Source of the DNA: Syntrophomonadaceae bacterium
Lineage (GTDB): Bacteria; Bacillota; Syntrophomonadia; Syntrophomonadales; Syntrophomonadaceae
DNA: 64,000 bases
NCBI GenBank assembly: GCA_012515055.1
Contig: JAAYZA010000318.1
Span: 42,489 to 106,488, forward strand
Reading direction: 5' to 3'
Part shown: positions 37,474 through 47,122 of the stretch, piece after piece
How positions within the stretch are numbered: the stretch's first letter is position 1
Layout of the letters: every line of letters begins with the position of its first letter
The notes under the pieces: model-generated
The model's input: the letters and a program-made list of their open reading frames with translations, nothing else
What the model was told of the DNA's origin: nothing
The model's database searches: none
Translations under genes and position numbers: made by a program

Positions 37474-37806
37474 ATGAGTAAACCGACAATTACACCCGAA
37501 GCAGCTGATTTTTCAAAAAGTGCGCCTGCTGATACAACTTTGACCATTAACTGGGGCGGTGCTACTAAAGTTACTGAAGTACTGGCTGGAGCTCCGGCCT
37601 TTGGTTTAAAATTCGATCCCAAAGAAGGCACTCATTATACCATTACTGATAATGGAGATGGAACGGCAACGGTTCTGGTCAAAAAGGAAACCACCTCATT
37701 ACTGCCGGTGCCCCTTCCCAATGTGCCCAATGGAGCCCAATTGGTTGTCACCATAAAATTTGACACTGGTGAAGAGGCGAAATTTACTTACACAGTTGTA
37801 AACTAG
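37474..37806 (+). CDS. Small X2-like Ig-domain protein, paralog of the C-terminal domain of 35900..36568; no signal peptide
   Basis: AAGGAGGAG SD. It aligns with residues ~125-223 of the upstream protein (ITP..D..K...D..TI.WG.ATK.T ... HY ... P.P.N.P.G..L..T..FD.G). Confidence 0.65.
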   Translation: MSKPTITPEAADFSKSAPADTTLTINWGGATKVTEVLAGAPAFGLKFDPKEGTHYTITDNGDGTATVLVKKETTSLLPVPLPNVPNGAQLVVTIKFDTGEEAKFTYTVVN

Positions 37807-37821
37807 AGCGGAATTTTTACC

Positions 37822-37854
37822 GGCGGCCGGGAATTTAACCCGGCCGCCTTTTTT
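37822..37854 (+). terminator. Strong intrinsic terminator
   Basis: Perfect 10-bp GC stem GGCGGCCGGG/CCCGGCCGCC, 7-nt loop, then T6. Confidence 0.9.
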
Positions 37855-37910
37855 GGGTTGTAAACTATGAGATAGGAATATAATTATAGAAAAAGCCAAA
37901 GGAAGTAATT

Positions 37911-38945
37911 ATGTATAGCTATGTGGGGAATATTCATTTACATTCCAGGTATTCTGATGGAGAGGGAACAGTGCAGGAAATAGCACAGGCAGCAGAGATG
38001 GCGGCCCTCGATTTTATTATCATCACCGACCATTACAACCTGAAGGCGCGGGCTGATGAGGGGTTTTACGGGCATTTGCTGGTTTTAGCCGGCATGGAGA
38101 TCAATGATGAGGAAAACCATTATCTGGCATTGGATATTAGTGAAATTGTAAATAATGGCCCGGCACAGGAGGTCATTAATGCTGTTAACCGGCAGCAAGG
38201 CATTGGTATTATAGCTCATCCGGATGAAAAGGGTTCCCCTTTATATGACCAGCACCGGAGTTACAAATGGAATGATTGGTCAGTACAAGGATTCCAGGGT
38301 ATTGAGGTATGGAACTTTTTATCCCAGTTCAAAGATGAGGTCACAGGTATATTAAAAGGCTTATACTTGCTGTTTTTCCCCCAGGCGGCATTAAAGGGCC
38401 CCTGTAAAGAAACCGTCGCCCGGCTTGATAATTATCAGCGGAACAACCACAGAGTATTTGCCTTTGGTGGTTCTGATGCCCATGGTATAAAAATAAAACT
38501 GGGACCAGTTACGGTTGTAACCATCTCCCCTTATGATTTCTGCTGCCAGTGTATTAACACCCATATCATCAGTGAAAAAAAGATGACAGGAGAAAAAGAA
38601 AACGACCAGCAGATTATTTATGATGCCTTGCGGCAGGGAAGATTCTGGATCGGCATGGATTATTATAAAAGCAGTCGGGGGTTTAAATTTACCATCCAGG
38701 CTGCGGAAAAAACATGGTGGATGGGTGATACGGTCCCCTGGCAGAAGGGCCTGCATACGGAGATAAACACACCCCAGCCAGCCCGGGTGAAGCTGGTGAG
38801 AGATGGACGGATAATTGGTGAAAGCAGGGGCCGGGTCCATCGATTCCCGGTGAATGATCGGGGAGTATATAGAGTGGAAGCCTATTACCGCCATCTATGT
38901 GGTGATCGTTGGTGGATTTTTTCCAATCCCTTGTGGGTCATATAA
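37911..38945 (+). CDS. PHP-domain (CehA/McbA-like) metallohydrolase
   Basis: N-terminal HLHSRYSDGEG and ITDH motifs, then later GGSDAHG. Confidence 0.7.
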   Translation: MYSYVGNIHLHSRYSDGEGTVQEIAQAAEMAALDFIIITDHYNLKARADEGFYGHLLVLAGMEINDEENHYLALDISEIVNNGPAQEVINAVNRQQGIGIIAHPDEKGSPLYDQHRSYKWNDWSVQGFQGIEVWNFLSQFKDEVTGILKGLYLLFFPQAALKGPCKETVARLDNYQRNNHRVFAFGGSDAHGIKIKLGPVTVVTISPYDFCCQCINTHIISEKKMTGEKENDQQIIYDALRQGRFWIGMDYYKSSRGFKFTIQAAEKTWWMGDTVPWQKGLHTEINTPQPARVKLVRDGRIIGESRGRVHRFPVNDRGVYRVEAYYRHLCGDRWWIFSNPLWVI

Positions 38946-38979
38946 TTTTCACATAAAGCTATAAATAAAATCCCGCCCG

Positions 38980-39008
38980 GAATGGTCCCAAATAACATAG
39001 GACCATTC
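38980..39008 (+). terminator. Hairpin after the PHP gene (weak terminator)
   Basis: Perfect 9-bp stem GAATGGTCC/GGACCATTC with an 11-nt loop. The T tract is weak. Confidence 0.4.
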
Positions 39009-39104
39009 TCTCATTTTAAGCCGGGCCTATTTTATATAGATCTTTGGTAATAACGATGTTATCGTGTTTGGATGTGAATTATAAAGAAATTTAACTAATT
39101 CAAT

Positions 39105-39124
39105 TTGTAAATATAATTTTACAA
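39105..39124 (+). promoter_or_regulatory. Consensus -10 (TATAAT) embedded in a 7-bp inverted repeat, candidate dcw promoter
   Basis: TTGTAAA-TATAAT-TTTACAA. It sits about 95 nt upstream of mraZ and 38 nt upstream of the MraZ boxes. Confidence 0.4.
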
Positions 39125-39154
39125 AAGCAGGAAAAGGGCTTTACGGAATAGAAT

Positions 39155-39181
39155 TGAGTGGTGTAAAGTGGAGTAAAGTGG
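39155..39181 (+). promoter_or_regulatory. Three direct GTGG-type repeats at 10-bp spacing, candidate MraZ operator
   Basis: TGAGTGG (39155), AAAGTGG (39165) and AAAGTGG (39175). This matches the repeat architecture reported for MraZ binding sites upstream of mraZ. Confidence 0.6.
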
Positions 39182-39219
39182 AACGACATCCCATTATTTT
39201 ATAAAAAGGGGTAAGCAAT

Positions 39220-39651
39220 ATGTTCCTGGGTGAATATCAGCATTCTCTTGATGTCAAAGGCAGAATAACAATACCAGCCAAGTTCCGCGAATTACTGGGG
39301 GATAGATTTGTGGTTACCAAAGGTCTGGAAAACTGCATTTTTCTTTATCCCTTGATGGAATGGGAAACCATTGAAAACAAATTACGCACTTTACCATTTA
39401 CCCGGGCGGATGTTCGCTCCTTCGCGCGGTTTTTTTTCTCCGGGGCCTCAGAACTAGAGGTTGATAAACAGGGCAGGACAGTCTTGCCGCTCAATCTGCG
39501 GGAATATGCAGCCATAGATAAGGATCTGATTATTATTGGTGTTGGTTCCCGCGCTGAGATTTGGGCGGTGGAAAGTTGGGAAAAATACATTGAAGGGGCT
39601 GAAGAATCTTACGAAGATATTGCAGCCAGCCTGGTTGATTTAGGTATTTAG
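39220..39651 (+). CDS. mraZ: Transcriptional regulator MraZ
   Basis: MFLGEYQHSLDVKGRITIPAKFR, with two SpoVT/AbrB-like repeats. Confidence 0.95.
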   Translation: MFLGEYQHSLDVKGRITIPAKFRELLGDRFVVTKGLENCIFLYPLMEWETIENKLRTLPFTRADVRSFARFFFSGASELEVDKQGRTVLPLNLREYAAIDKDLIIIGVGSRAEIWAVESWEKYIEGAEESYEDIAASLVDLGI

Positions 39652-39661
39652 GAGAAAAATC

Positions 39662-40582
39662 ATGCATGATCCCGTTTTACTGGCCGAAGCAATTTCATTT
39701 CTGGTGACAGATCCGGGGGGGATTTATGTAGATTGCACACTGGGCGGCGGCGGACATTTTAATCGTTTGCTGCAGGAGTTAAACAGTGATGCCAGGCTTA
39801 TTGCCTTTGATAAAGATGAGACAGTCTTAAACAGGACCCGCCAGCAATTTGCCGGGAATCACAACATAATTTTTGTCTATAAAGACTTTAAATATTTAAA
39901 TAAAACCCTCCGGGAATACCAAATTGATTCAGTTGACGGAATCATAATCGATTTAGGAGTATCATCTTTTCAACTGGATGAAAACGCCCGGGGATTTTCC
40001 TATCATCACGAGGCAGCCCTTGACATGAGAATGGATCCAAACCAGGATCTGGATGCCGGCTATATTGTAAATCACTATTCAGAGCAGCAACTGCGGGATT
40101 TGATTTATATCTATGGTGAGGAAAGATTTGCCCCTTCCATTGCCAGCAATATCATTAAAAATCGGGAAATGAAAAAAATTGCCACCACCCTGGAACTGGC
40201 AGAGATCATAAAAAATTCTATCCCGGCCCGGTTTAAAAGAGGAAAACATCCGGCTCGCAAAACATTTCAGGCTCTAAGGATTGCTGTAAACGGTGAGCTG
40301 GATTCTTTAAAAGAAGTCCTGCCACAGGCTGCGGCAAGTTTGAAACAGGGCGGCAGGCTTTGTATAATTACATTTCATTCTCTGGAAGATCGAATAGTGA
40401 AACAGTTTTATCAGCAAATGTCTCAGGAATGTATATGCCCGCCAGGTATGCCAGTATGCACCTGTGATCATCAGGCGGAATTGAAAGTTTTGACCAGGAA
40501 ACCGGTGGTACCCGGTGACGAAGAGATCAACAGGAATTACAGAGCCAGGAGTGCCAAACTGCGGGTTGCGGAAAAAAGATAG
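39662..40582 (+). CDS. rsmH: 16S rRNA (cytosine1402-N4)-methyltransferase
   Basis: HDPVLL, DCTLGGGGH and DLGVSSFQLD motifs. Confidence 0.95.
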   Translation: MHDPVLLAEAISFLVTDPGGIYVDCTLGGGGHFNRLLQELNSDARLIAFDKDETVLNRTRQQFAGNHNIIFVYKDFKYLNKTLREYQIDSVDGIIIDLGVSSFQLDENARGFSYHHEAALDMRMDPNQDLDAGYIVNHYSEQQLRDLIYIYGEERFAPSIASNIIKNREMKKIATTLELAEIIKNSIPARFKRGKHPARKTFQALRIAVNGELDSLKEVLPQAAASLKQGGRLCIITFHSLEDRIVKQFYQQMSQECICPPGMPVCTCDHQAELKVLTRKPVVPGDEEINRNYRARSAKLRVAEKR

Positions 40583-40609
40583 TTCTAAAAGAAAGGAAGG
40601 TAGAATACT

Positions 40610-41098
40610 ATGGTACAGGCGGGATACGATTACTCAAGATGGGAAGAAACATATGCCCCGGAGCCTGCTCGTGAAGAGAGGCGGCAATCAAGAAAAGCGC
40701 TGATAAATAGAAATGCCAGAAGAAATATGGCGATAAAACTCAGTGTGATTGTATTTGCCTATGCCTTGCTTTTGGTCTATCTTTGTATTAAAAGTGCTAC
40801 ACTGGGTTATGAAATTGTCGGGCTGGAAAACGAAATTAATAAGCTTAATACCGAAAATAACCGCATGGAATATGCCATCGCACAAAATTCATCACTGGAT
40901 ATTATTGAAGAAAAGGCGATTACACAACTGGGTATGATCATACCCGGTACGGAAATGTGTTATGCAGTGGCAGCAGTTGATGAACCCGTTACCCCGGCAT
41001 TGAAAGTGGAGGCAGTTGATAATACTATTGCGGAGAGTAAACCACTGGCAAAACTATATGCCAGTATTATGTTACTCACCGGCAAAACTAACTTATAA
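40610..41098 (+). CDS. ftsL: Cell division protein FtsL-like (single TM plus coiled coil)
   Basis: Its position between rsmH and the PBP gene. One TM helix followed by a leucine-rich coil. Confidence 0.7.
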   Translation: MVQAGYDYSRWEETYAPEPAREERRQSRKALINRNARRNMAIKLSVIVFAYALLLVYLCIKSATLGYEIVGLENEINKLNTENNRMEYAIAQNSSLDIIEEKAITQLGMIIPGTEMCYAVAAVDEPVTPALKVEAVDNTIAESKPLAKLYASIMLLTGKTNL

Positions 41099-41112
41099 AG
41101 AGGTGGAAAATA

Positions 41113-43221
41113 ATGCAGACCACCCGTTTGCTAATAAGAAAGCGTATAGCAAAGCTTTTTTTCTTATTTATCATCGGCTTTCTGGTTCTCAGCGGCAGAT
41201 TGGTATGGGTGCAGTTTGTAAAAGGCGCTGAACTGACCGAAAAAGCAATCCAGAACCGCATGCGGGATATTCCGGTGGAATCCAAAAGGGGGATCATTTA
41301 TGACAGGAATGGTAATGAATTGGCTATTTCCATCAGTGCAGATTCCATCTATGTCATTCCTGCTGAATTAAAAAGGTCGGGCCAAGAGAAGGAAGTAGCA
41401 GCACAACTGGCCGGTATTTTAGAAATGGATGAAGACAGCATATATAAAAGGATTACCCAAAATAGTTCTTTTGAATGGATCAAAAGACAGGCGGAGCCAG
41501 AAAAATCACAGAAAATAAGGGGATTGGATCTGCCCGGGATAGGCATGACCGAAGAGAGCCGTCGTTATTATCCCAAGGGTACTCTGGCCAGTCATATCCT
41601 GGGTATTTCAGGAATAGACAATACTGGACTGGAAGGCATCGACCAATACTATAATGATCTGGTGGGCGGCACCAAAGGAAGAATCATCATTGAGCATGAT
41701 GCGGCTAATCGGCCTATCCCCGAAGCAACCCATAAATATATTGCTCCCATCGATGGGGCCAATCTGGTCCTGACTATTGACGAAACCATTCAATATATAA
41801 CCGAACGTGAACTGGATAAAATGTTCAAGGAACGCAATGCCAAATCAGCCGCTGCTATCGTTATGGACCCCAATACGGGAGAAATACTGGCCATGGCTTC
41901 CCGGCCTGACTTCGACCCCAACAATTATAATGATTATCCCGCTGCCAATCGGCGCAATTTTGCCATAAATGATGTGTATGAACCGGGTTCGACTATGAAA
42001 ATCACAACTGCTTCGATGGCATTGGAGGAAAAAGTGATTACACCTGAATCACATTTATTTTGCCCGGGCCATGTTAAAGTAGGTAAAGAAACTATTGGTT
42101 GTTCTGGTGATAAGGCACATGGGGACCAGACTTTTACCAAAGTGGTGGAGAATTCATGTAATGTCGGCTTCGTCAAGGTGGGACTTGAAGTGGGCCTGGA
42201 TACTTACTTTAAATACATTAAAGCTTTTGGCTTTGGACAGGTAACAGGTATTGACCTGCCGGGGGAAGCCACCGGTATACTGGTCAACCCCAAAAACGCC
42301 AAACAGATTGATTTGGCTACCATGTCCATGGGGCAAGCTAATGCTGTGACGCCTATTCAATTGGTCACGGCAGCATCAGTGGTGGCTAATGGCGGCAATC
42401 TTATAAAACCTCATCTGGTTAAACAGGTGATTGATAATGAAGGGCAGGTAATAAAAAACAATGAGCCCCAAATTGTCCGCCGGGTAATCTCGGCGGAAAC
42501 AGCTGCAACACTGGCGGGGATATTGGAAGGAGTTGTAACTGATGGAACGGGTAAAAATGCTTATATAGAAGGATATAGAGTAGCAGGTAAAACCGGAACA
42601 GCACAAAAAGTTGCCCCAACCGGAGGTTATATGTCCAGTGAGTATGTGGCATCCTTTTTAGGATTTGCCCCGGCGGATAAACCGCAACTGGCCTGTATCG
42701 TGGTGGTGGATGCTCCGCAGGGTTACCCTTATTACGGAGGCTGGGTGGCAGCACCTCCTTTCCGCGAAATTTTAAAAGATTCCCTGCGATATCTGGAAGT
42801 ACCGGCACAGGGCCTGACCAATAAAGAGGATTCCCGTGAACAGGTGCTGGTTCCCGATGTGGTAAACCTGCCTCTGGCGGAGGCAATCTCCACCATCAAT
42901 AACCGCGGGCTGCATGTAAAAGTAAGCGGCACTGGCAATATTGTCTGGCAGCAGACCCCCAAACCACAGACAAAAATTTATCGGGGTTCACAGGTGATAA
43001 TCTCACTTTCACCATTTGAGGCCGGGGAACAGAATGGCGAGGTCACTGTACCCGATTTGCAGGGAAAATCCATGAAAGAAGTGGCCCGGATTCTGGCTGA
43101 TTTGGGTTTGCATCTGCTGCCGGAAGGTTATGGATTGGCCTATGAACAGATACCGGAAGCCGGGAAGGTAATAACCGGAGGCTCCAGTGTCAAAGTGAAT
43201 TTTCAGCCCATTGGTGAGTAA
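41113..43221 (+). CDS. Class B penicillin-binding protein (FtsI/SpoVD type) with two PASTA domains
   Basis: Transpeptidase motifs STMK, SCN and KTGT. Two C-terminal PASTA repeats. Confidence 0.9.
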   Translation: MQTTRLLIRKRIAKLFFLFIIGFLVLSGRLVWVQFVKGAELTEKAIQNRMRDIPVESKRGIIYDRNGNELAISISADSIYVIPAELKRSGQEKEVAAQLAGILEMDEDSIYKRITQNSSFEWIKRQAEPEKSQKIRGLDLPGIGMTEESRRYYPKGTLASHILGISGIDNTGLEGIDQYYNDLVGGTKGRIIIEHDAANRPIPEATHKYIAPIDGANLVLTIDETIQYITERELDKMFKERNAKSAAAIVMDPNTGEILAMASRPDFDPNNYNDYPAANRRNFAINDVYEPGSTMKITTASMALEEKVITPESHLFCPGHVKVGKETIGCSGDKAHGDQTFTKVVENSCNVGFVKVGLEVGLDTYFKYIKAFGFGQVTGIDLPGEATGILVNPKNAKQIDLATMSMGQANAVTPIQLVTAASVVANGGNLIKPHLVKQVIDNEGQVIKNNEPQIVRRVISAETAATLAGILEGVVTDGTGKNAYIEGYRVAGKTGTAQKVAPTGGYMSSEYVASFLGFAPADKPQLACIVVVDAPQGYPYYGGWVAAPPFREILKDSLRYLEVPAQGLTNKEDSREQVLVPDVVNLPLAEAISTINNRGLHVKVSGTGNIVWQQTPKPQTKIYRGSQVIISLSPFEAGEQNGEVTVPDLQGKSMKEVARILADLGLHLLPEGYGLAYEQIPEAGKVITGGSSVKVNFQPIGE

Positions 43222-43270
43222 CCTGCTTTAAACAAGTTCTGGTGTGTTGCTGGTAAAAGGAGGATTAATC

Positions 43271-44752
43271 GTGATTTTAAGTGATTTGCTGCAAGGTATT
43301 GAGCCAGTTGAAATTATGGGTGATAGCAGCCTGGAGATCACCGGTATCCATTATGATTCCAGAAAGATAAAGCCGGGATATCTGTTTATTTGTATCACAG
43401 GTTTGAAAACGGATGGTCATCTGTATATCAAAGAAGCAATTGACAATGGTGCGGCAGCAGTAATTGCGGAAAATAAAGATTTTTACATGGAAGGCATGAC
43501 AATGGCCGTAGTATTGGACAGCCGGAGGGCAATGCCCCTTATCGCATCCAATTTTTACCGCCAGCCCTCCCATGATTTACGGGTGGTGGGTGTTACCGGC
43601 ACCAATGGCAAAACGACAGTAACCCATTTGATCAAGGCCATATTGGAAGCCCAGGGTGAAAAGACAGCCATTATCGGGACTCTTTATGCCCGAGCAGGAG
43701 ACCAGCAAAAAGAATTCGGTCATACCACACCCGAATCTGCGGAAATAGAGGAATTCATCCGCTTGAGCCTCGATGAGGGCAGCCGCTATATAGTTATGGA
43801 GGTGTCTTCCCATGCCCTGGATCTTCACCGGGTTGACTGCATTGATTTTGATACGGTGGTTTTTACCAATCTGACCCAGGACCATCTGGATTATCATCTC
43901 AACATGGAAAGCTACAAAAATGCTAAATTGAAACTATTTGCCGGCGTGAAAGACCGGGAAGGAAAACTAAGTATCATTAATGCTGATGACCAATGGGCAG
44001 AGTATTTCATCAGGGAGGCGGGAAGGAACTGTCTTACCTATGGGATTGAACATCCTGCCGATATCCAGGCTGAAAATATCCGGATCAGTTTAAAAGGCAG
44101 CAGCTTTACGGTAAAATATCGGGGAGAGGCCTGGTCAGTAAATACAAAGCTGATAGGTATGTTCAGCGTATATAATGCCCTGTCCGCTATTGCCTGTGCC
44201 TTGAGTGAAGGGATAGAACCGGGAGTCATTACCGGGGCTCTGGAAAAGGTTGTCGGTGTACCGGGTAGATTTGAAACCATTGATGGCGGCCAGGATTTTT
44301 CTGTTGTGGTAGATTATGCTCATACTCCGGATGGATTGCAGAACATTTTAAGGACAGGCCGGGAAATAACCGGGAATCGCCTGATAACAGTCTTTGGCTG
44401 CGGCGGTGACAGGGATCGGACCAAAAGACCTTTGATGGGTGAAATAGCTGCTCGACTCAGCGATTTCTGTGTGGTGACCTCCGACAACCCTCGCGGCGAA
44501 GAACCAGAAGCGATCATAGCTGATATTATGCCCGGGATGGAAAAGGTCAAAGATAGTCGTTATGCAATTATTCCTGACCGCCGGGAAGCAATTCGACAGG
44601 CCATATTCCTGGCCAAAAAAGGTGATTTGGTTATTATTGCCGGAAAAGGTCATGAAACATACCAACTGGTAAAGGACGAAGTATTGAATTTTGATGATCG
44701 TAAAATTGCTGCCGAATTTATAAAGGAGAAAGAGGCCATTGAAAGGACTTGA
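43271..44752 (+). CDS. murE: UDP-MurNAc-L-Ala-D-Glu--2,6-diaminopimelate ligase
   Basis: GTG start at 43271, 7 nt after AAAGGAGG. GTNGKTT motif and DNPR motif (meso-DAP type). Confidence 0.9.
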   Translation: MILSDLLQGIEPVEIMGDSSLEITGIHYDSRKIKPGYLFICITGLKTDGHLYIKEAIDNGAAAVIAENKDFYMEGMTMAVVLDSRRAMPLIASNFYRQPSHDLRVVGVTGTNGKTTVTHLIKAILEAQGEKTAIIGTLYARAGDQQKEFGHTTPESAEIEEFIRLSLDEGSRYIVMEVSSHALDLHRVDCIDFDTVVFTNLTQDHLDYHLNMESYKNAKLKLFAGVKDREGKLSIINADDQWAEYFIREAGRNCLTYGIEHPADIQAENIRISLKGSSFTVKYRGEAWSVNTKLIGMFSVYNALSAIACALSEGIEPGVITGALEKVVGVPGRFETIDGGQDFSVVVDYAHTPDGLQNILRTGREITGNRLITVFGCGGDRDRTKRPLMGEIAARLSDFCVVTSDNPRGEEPEAIIADIMPGMEKVKDSRYAIIPDRREAIRQAIFLAKKGDLVIIAGKGHETYQLVKDEVLNFDDRKIAAEFIKEKEAIERT

Positions 44753-46112
44753 CCTGGGTTATTTGTGCGAAAAAACCGGCGGGGTACTCCTTAAGGGGAC
44801 TCCGGATATATCTTTTTCTGGAGTTTCCATTGATTCACGTTCCCTTCTTCCCGGTCAGGTGTTTTTTGCTTTAAAAGGAGAGAAACATGACGGACACCAG
44901 TACATAAACCAGGCTTTCGCCCGGGGGGCTGCTGCCGCAGTCGTCTGTACAGCCGGTGCGGATTACCACGATGAAATCATGGTTTTGGTTCCGGATACCC
45001 TGGAGGCCCTGCAAAAATTAGCCGGGGCTTATCGCCTTTTATTTGATATACCATTAGTAGCAATAACCGGAAGCGTTGGGAAAACTACTACCAAGGAAAT
45101 TTTAGCCCAATGTCTGGGCGGCTTCCTGGAAACTCTCAAGACGCCGGGCAATTTTAATAATGATATCGGTTTGCCATTAACTTTATTGGGCCTGGAAGAA
45201 TATCATCAAATAGGAGTAGTGGAATTGGGGATGCGGGGACCAGGTGAGATCAGACGGCTGGCGTCAATCGCCCGGCCTGATATAGCCGTCATAACCAATG
45301 TGGAACCGGTTCATTTGCAAACCCTGGGAAGTCTGGAGAATATCGCCCGGGCCAAAACCGAGGTATTATCAGTTTTATCCGCGGGCAATTTTGCTGTTAT
45401 CAACGGGGATAATGAATTGCTGGCGGCCGCAGCAGATAATTATAATTGCACTAAATATACTTTCGGCTATAATAATACCTGTGATTTTCAGGTAAAAGAT
45501 GTCAAAGCAAGGCTTGGAGGACTTGAGATCGCAGCAGGTTTTATGGGACAGGAAGAATTCTTGTTATTTCCTCTTCCCGTTCCGTCATTGGCTCTTGATG
45601 TAGTAGCGGCAGCAGCAGTCTGTTATTTGCTGAGACTGGATATGGCCGGTATAAAAACCGCCTTGCAAAATTATAAGACCGTTGACCAAAGATTGCATAT
45701 AAGCACATTACAGTCGGGGGCTGTTTTGATCGATGATACCTATAATGCTAATCCGCTATCAATGGCAGCTGCCCTGGAAGCGGGAAGGAATCTGCGGAAA
45801 AAAGGCAGATTTATTGCTGTCCTGGGAGATATGTTTGAATTGGGCACTTGCGAGGAGACCGGACATCTTCAGGTGGGTGCCAGGGCAGCGGCCGCGGGTG
45901 TGGACCTCTTGATTACCATCGGGGAAAAAGCGGGAATGATTGCCGCAGGCGCAGCCAATGCCGGGATGGCAGCAGAAAAGATAAAAACATATGCTGATAA
46001 AGAATCTGCCCTTGATCATATCAAGGAGTCCCTTGGGGCAGAGGATATTGTTTTGTTCAAAGCCTCAAGGGGCATGGAATTGGATAAGATCATCGCGGAA
46101 CTGGAACTATAA
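44739..46112 (+). CDS. murF: UDP-MurNAc-tripeptide--D-Ala-D-Ala ligase
   Basis: TTG start after AAGGAG. GSVGKTTTKE motif. Overlaps murE by 14 nt. Confidence 0.9.
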   Translation: MKGLDLGYLCEKTGGVLLKGTPDISFSGVSIDSRSLLPGQVFFALKGEKHDGHQYINQAFARGAAAAVVCTAGADYHDEIMVLVPDTLEALQKLAGAYRLLFDIPLVAITGSVGKTTTKEILAQCLGGFLETLKTPGNFNNDIGLPLTLLGLEEYHQIGVVELGMRGPGEIRRLASIARPDIAVITNVEPVHLQTLGSLENIARAKTEVLSVLSAGNFAVINGDNELLAAAADNYNCTKYTFGYNNTCDFQVKDVKARLGGLEIAAGFMGQEEFLLFPLPVPSLALDVVAAAAVCYLLRLDMAGIKTALQNYKTVDQRLHISTLQSGAVLIDDTYNANPLSMAAALEAGRNLRKKGRFIAVLGDMFELGTCEETGHLQVGARAAAAGVDLLITIGEKAGMIAAGAANAGMAAEKIKTYADKESALDHIKESLGAEDIVLFKASRGMELDKIIAELEL

Positions 46113-46135
46113 CCAATTTTCAGGAGGCATCTTTG

Positions 46136-47122
46136 ATGCAAGAATATAATCTGGCAATTGTACTGGCGGTCTTGCTGGCCGCAATCATATGTATTATCCC
46201 TGCTCCCTTTATGATCCCTTATTTAACTCGTCTTAAAATAGGGCAGCGTATTAGGGAAGATGGGCCGCAGAGTCATTTGCTCAAGGCGGGAACTCCAACT
46301 ATGGGGGGCATTTTAATAATCACTGCGGTTATGGCCGCTACTTTTATTCTGGCCGGCAGCAGTGAAAAGGCACTGGCAGCAGTTTTATTAATGCTGGTTT
46401 TTGGCGGAATCGGTTTTTGGGATGATTATATCAAAGTGGTATTGAAACGTTCCCTGGGTTTAAGAGCCCGAGAGAAAATTGGCTTGCAGGTATTGGCCGG
46501 TTTGTTGTTCGGCTGGCTGCTGGTTTATCATTTTGGGCGAGGAACTGCCGTATTGCTTCCTTTTGCCGGCGGGGAACTGGACCTGGGCCTTATGTATATC
46601 CCCTTTGTTATGCTGGTACTGATAGCTACTGCCAACAGCGTGAACTTAACGGATGGTTTGGATGGTCTGGCAGCTGGTGTTACCATATTCTCAGCTATTG
46701 CTTTCGGTTTTCTGGCGGGAATGACTGCCAACCATGCCCTGGCAATATTCTGCGGGGCTCTGGCCGGTGCCTGTGCCGGCTTCCTGGTATTTAATTACCA
46801 TCCGGCCCGGGTATTCATGGGTGATACTGGTTCAATGGCTTTAGGGGGTGCCCTGGTGGCTGTTGCCGCCATGACCAGGACGGAACTCTATTTGCTCATA
46901 ATAGGAGGGGTTTTTGTAATCGAGGCTTTAAGTGATATAATCCAGGTCATTTCCTTTCAGGCTACGCGCAAAAGAGTCTTTTTAATGGCCCCCCTTCATC
47001 ATCATTTTGAACTAAAAGGCTGGGCCGAGACCAAAGTAGTGAAAAGTTTCTGGCTGCTGGCTTTAATATTTATGCTCATGGGCATGCTGGTTTTCTATTA
47101 TACAGGAATGGATGTGCAGTGA
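46136..47122 (+). CDS. mraY: Phospho-N-acetylmuramoyl-pentapeptide transferase
   Basis: ATG 8 nt after GGAGG. Polytopic membrane protein with NLTDGLDGLA and HHHFE motifs. Confidence 0.95.
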   Translation: MQEYNLAIVLAVLLAAIICIIPAPFMIPYLTRLKIGQRIREDGPQSHLLKAGTPTMGGILIITAVMAATFILAGSSEKALAAVLLMLVFGGIGFWDDYIKVVLKRSLGLRAREKIGLQVLAGLLFGWLLVYHFGRGTAVLLPFAGGELDLGLMYIPFVMLVLIATANSVNLTDGLDGLAAGVTIFSAIAFGFLAGMTANHALAIFCGALAGACAGFLVFNYHPARVFMGDTGSMALGGALVAVAAMTRTELYLLIIGGVFVIEALSDIIQVISFQATRKRVFLMAPLHHHFELKGWAETKVVKSFWLLALIFMLMGMLVFYYTGMDVQ

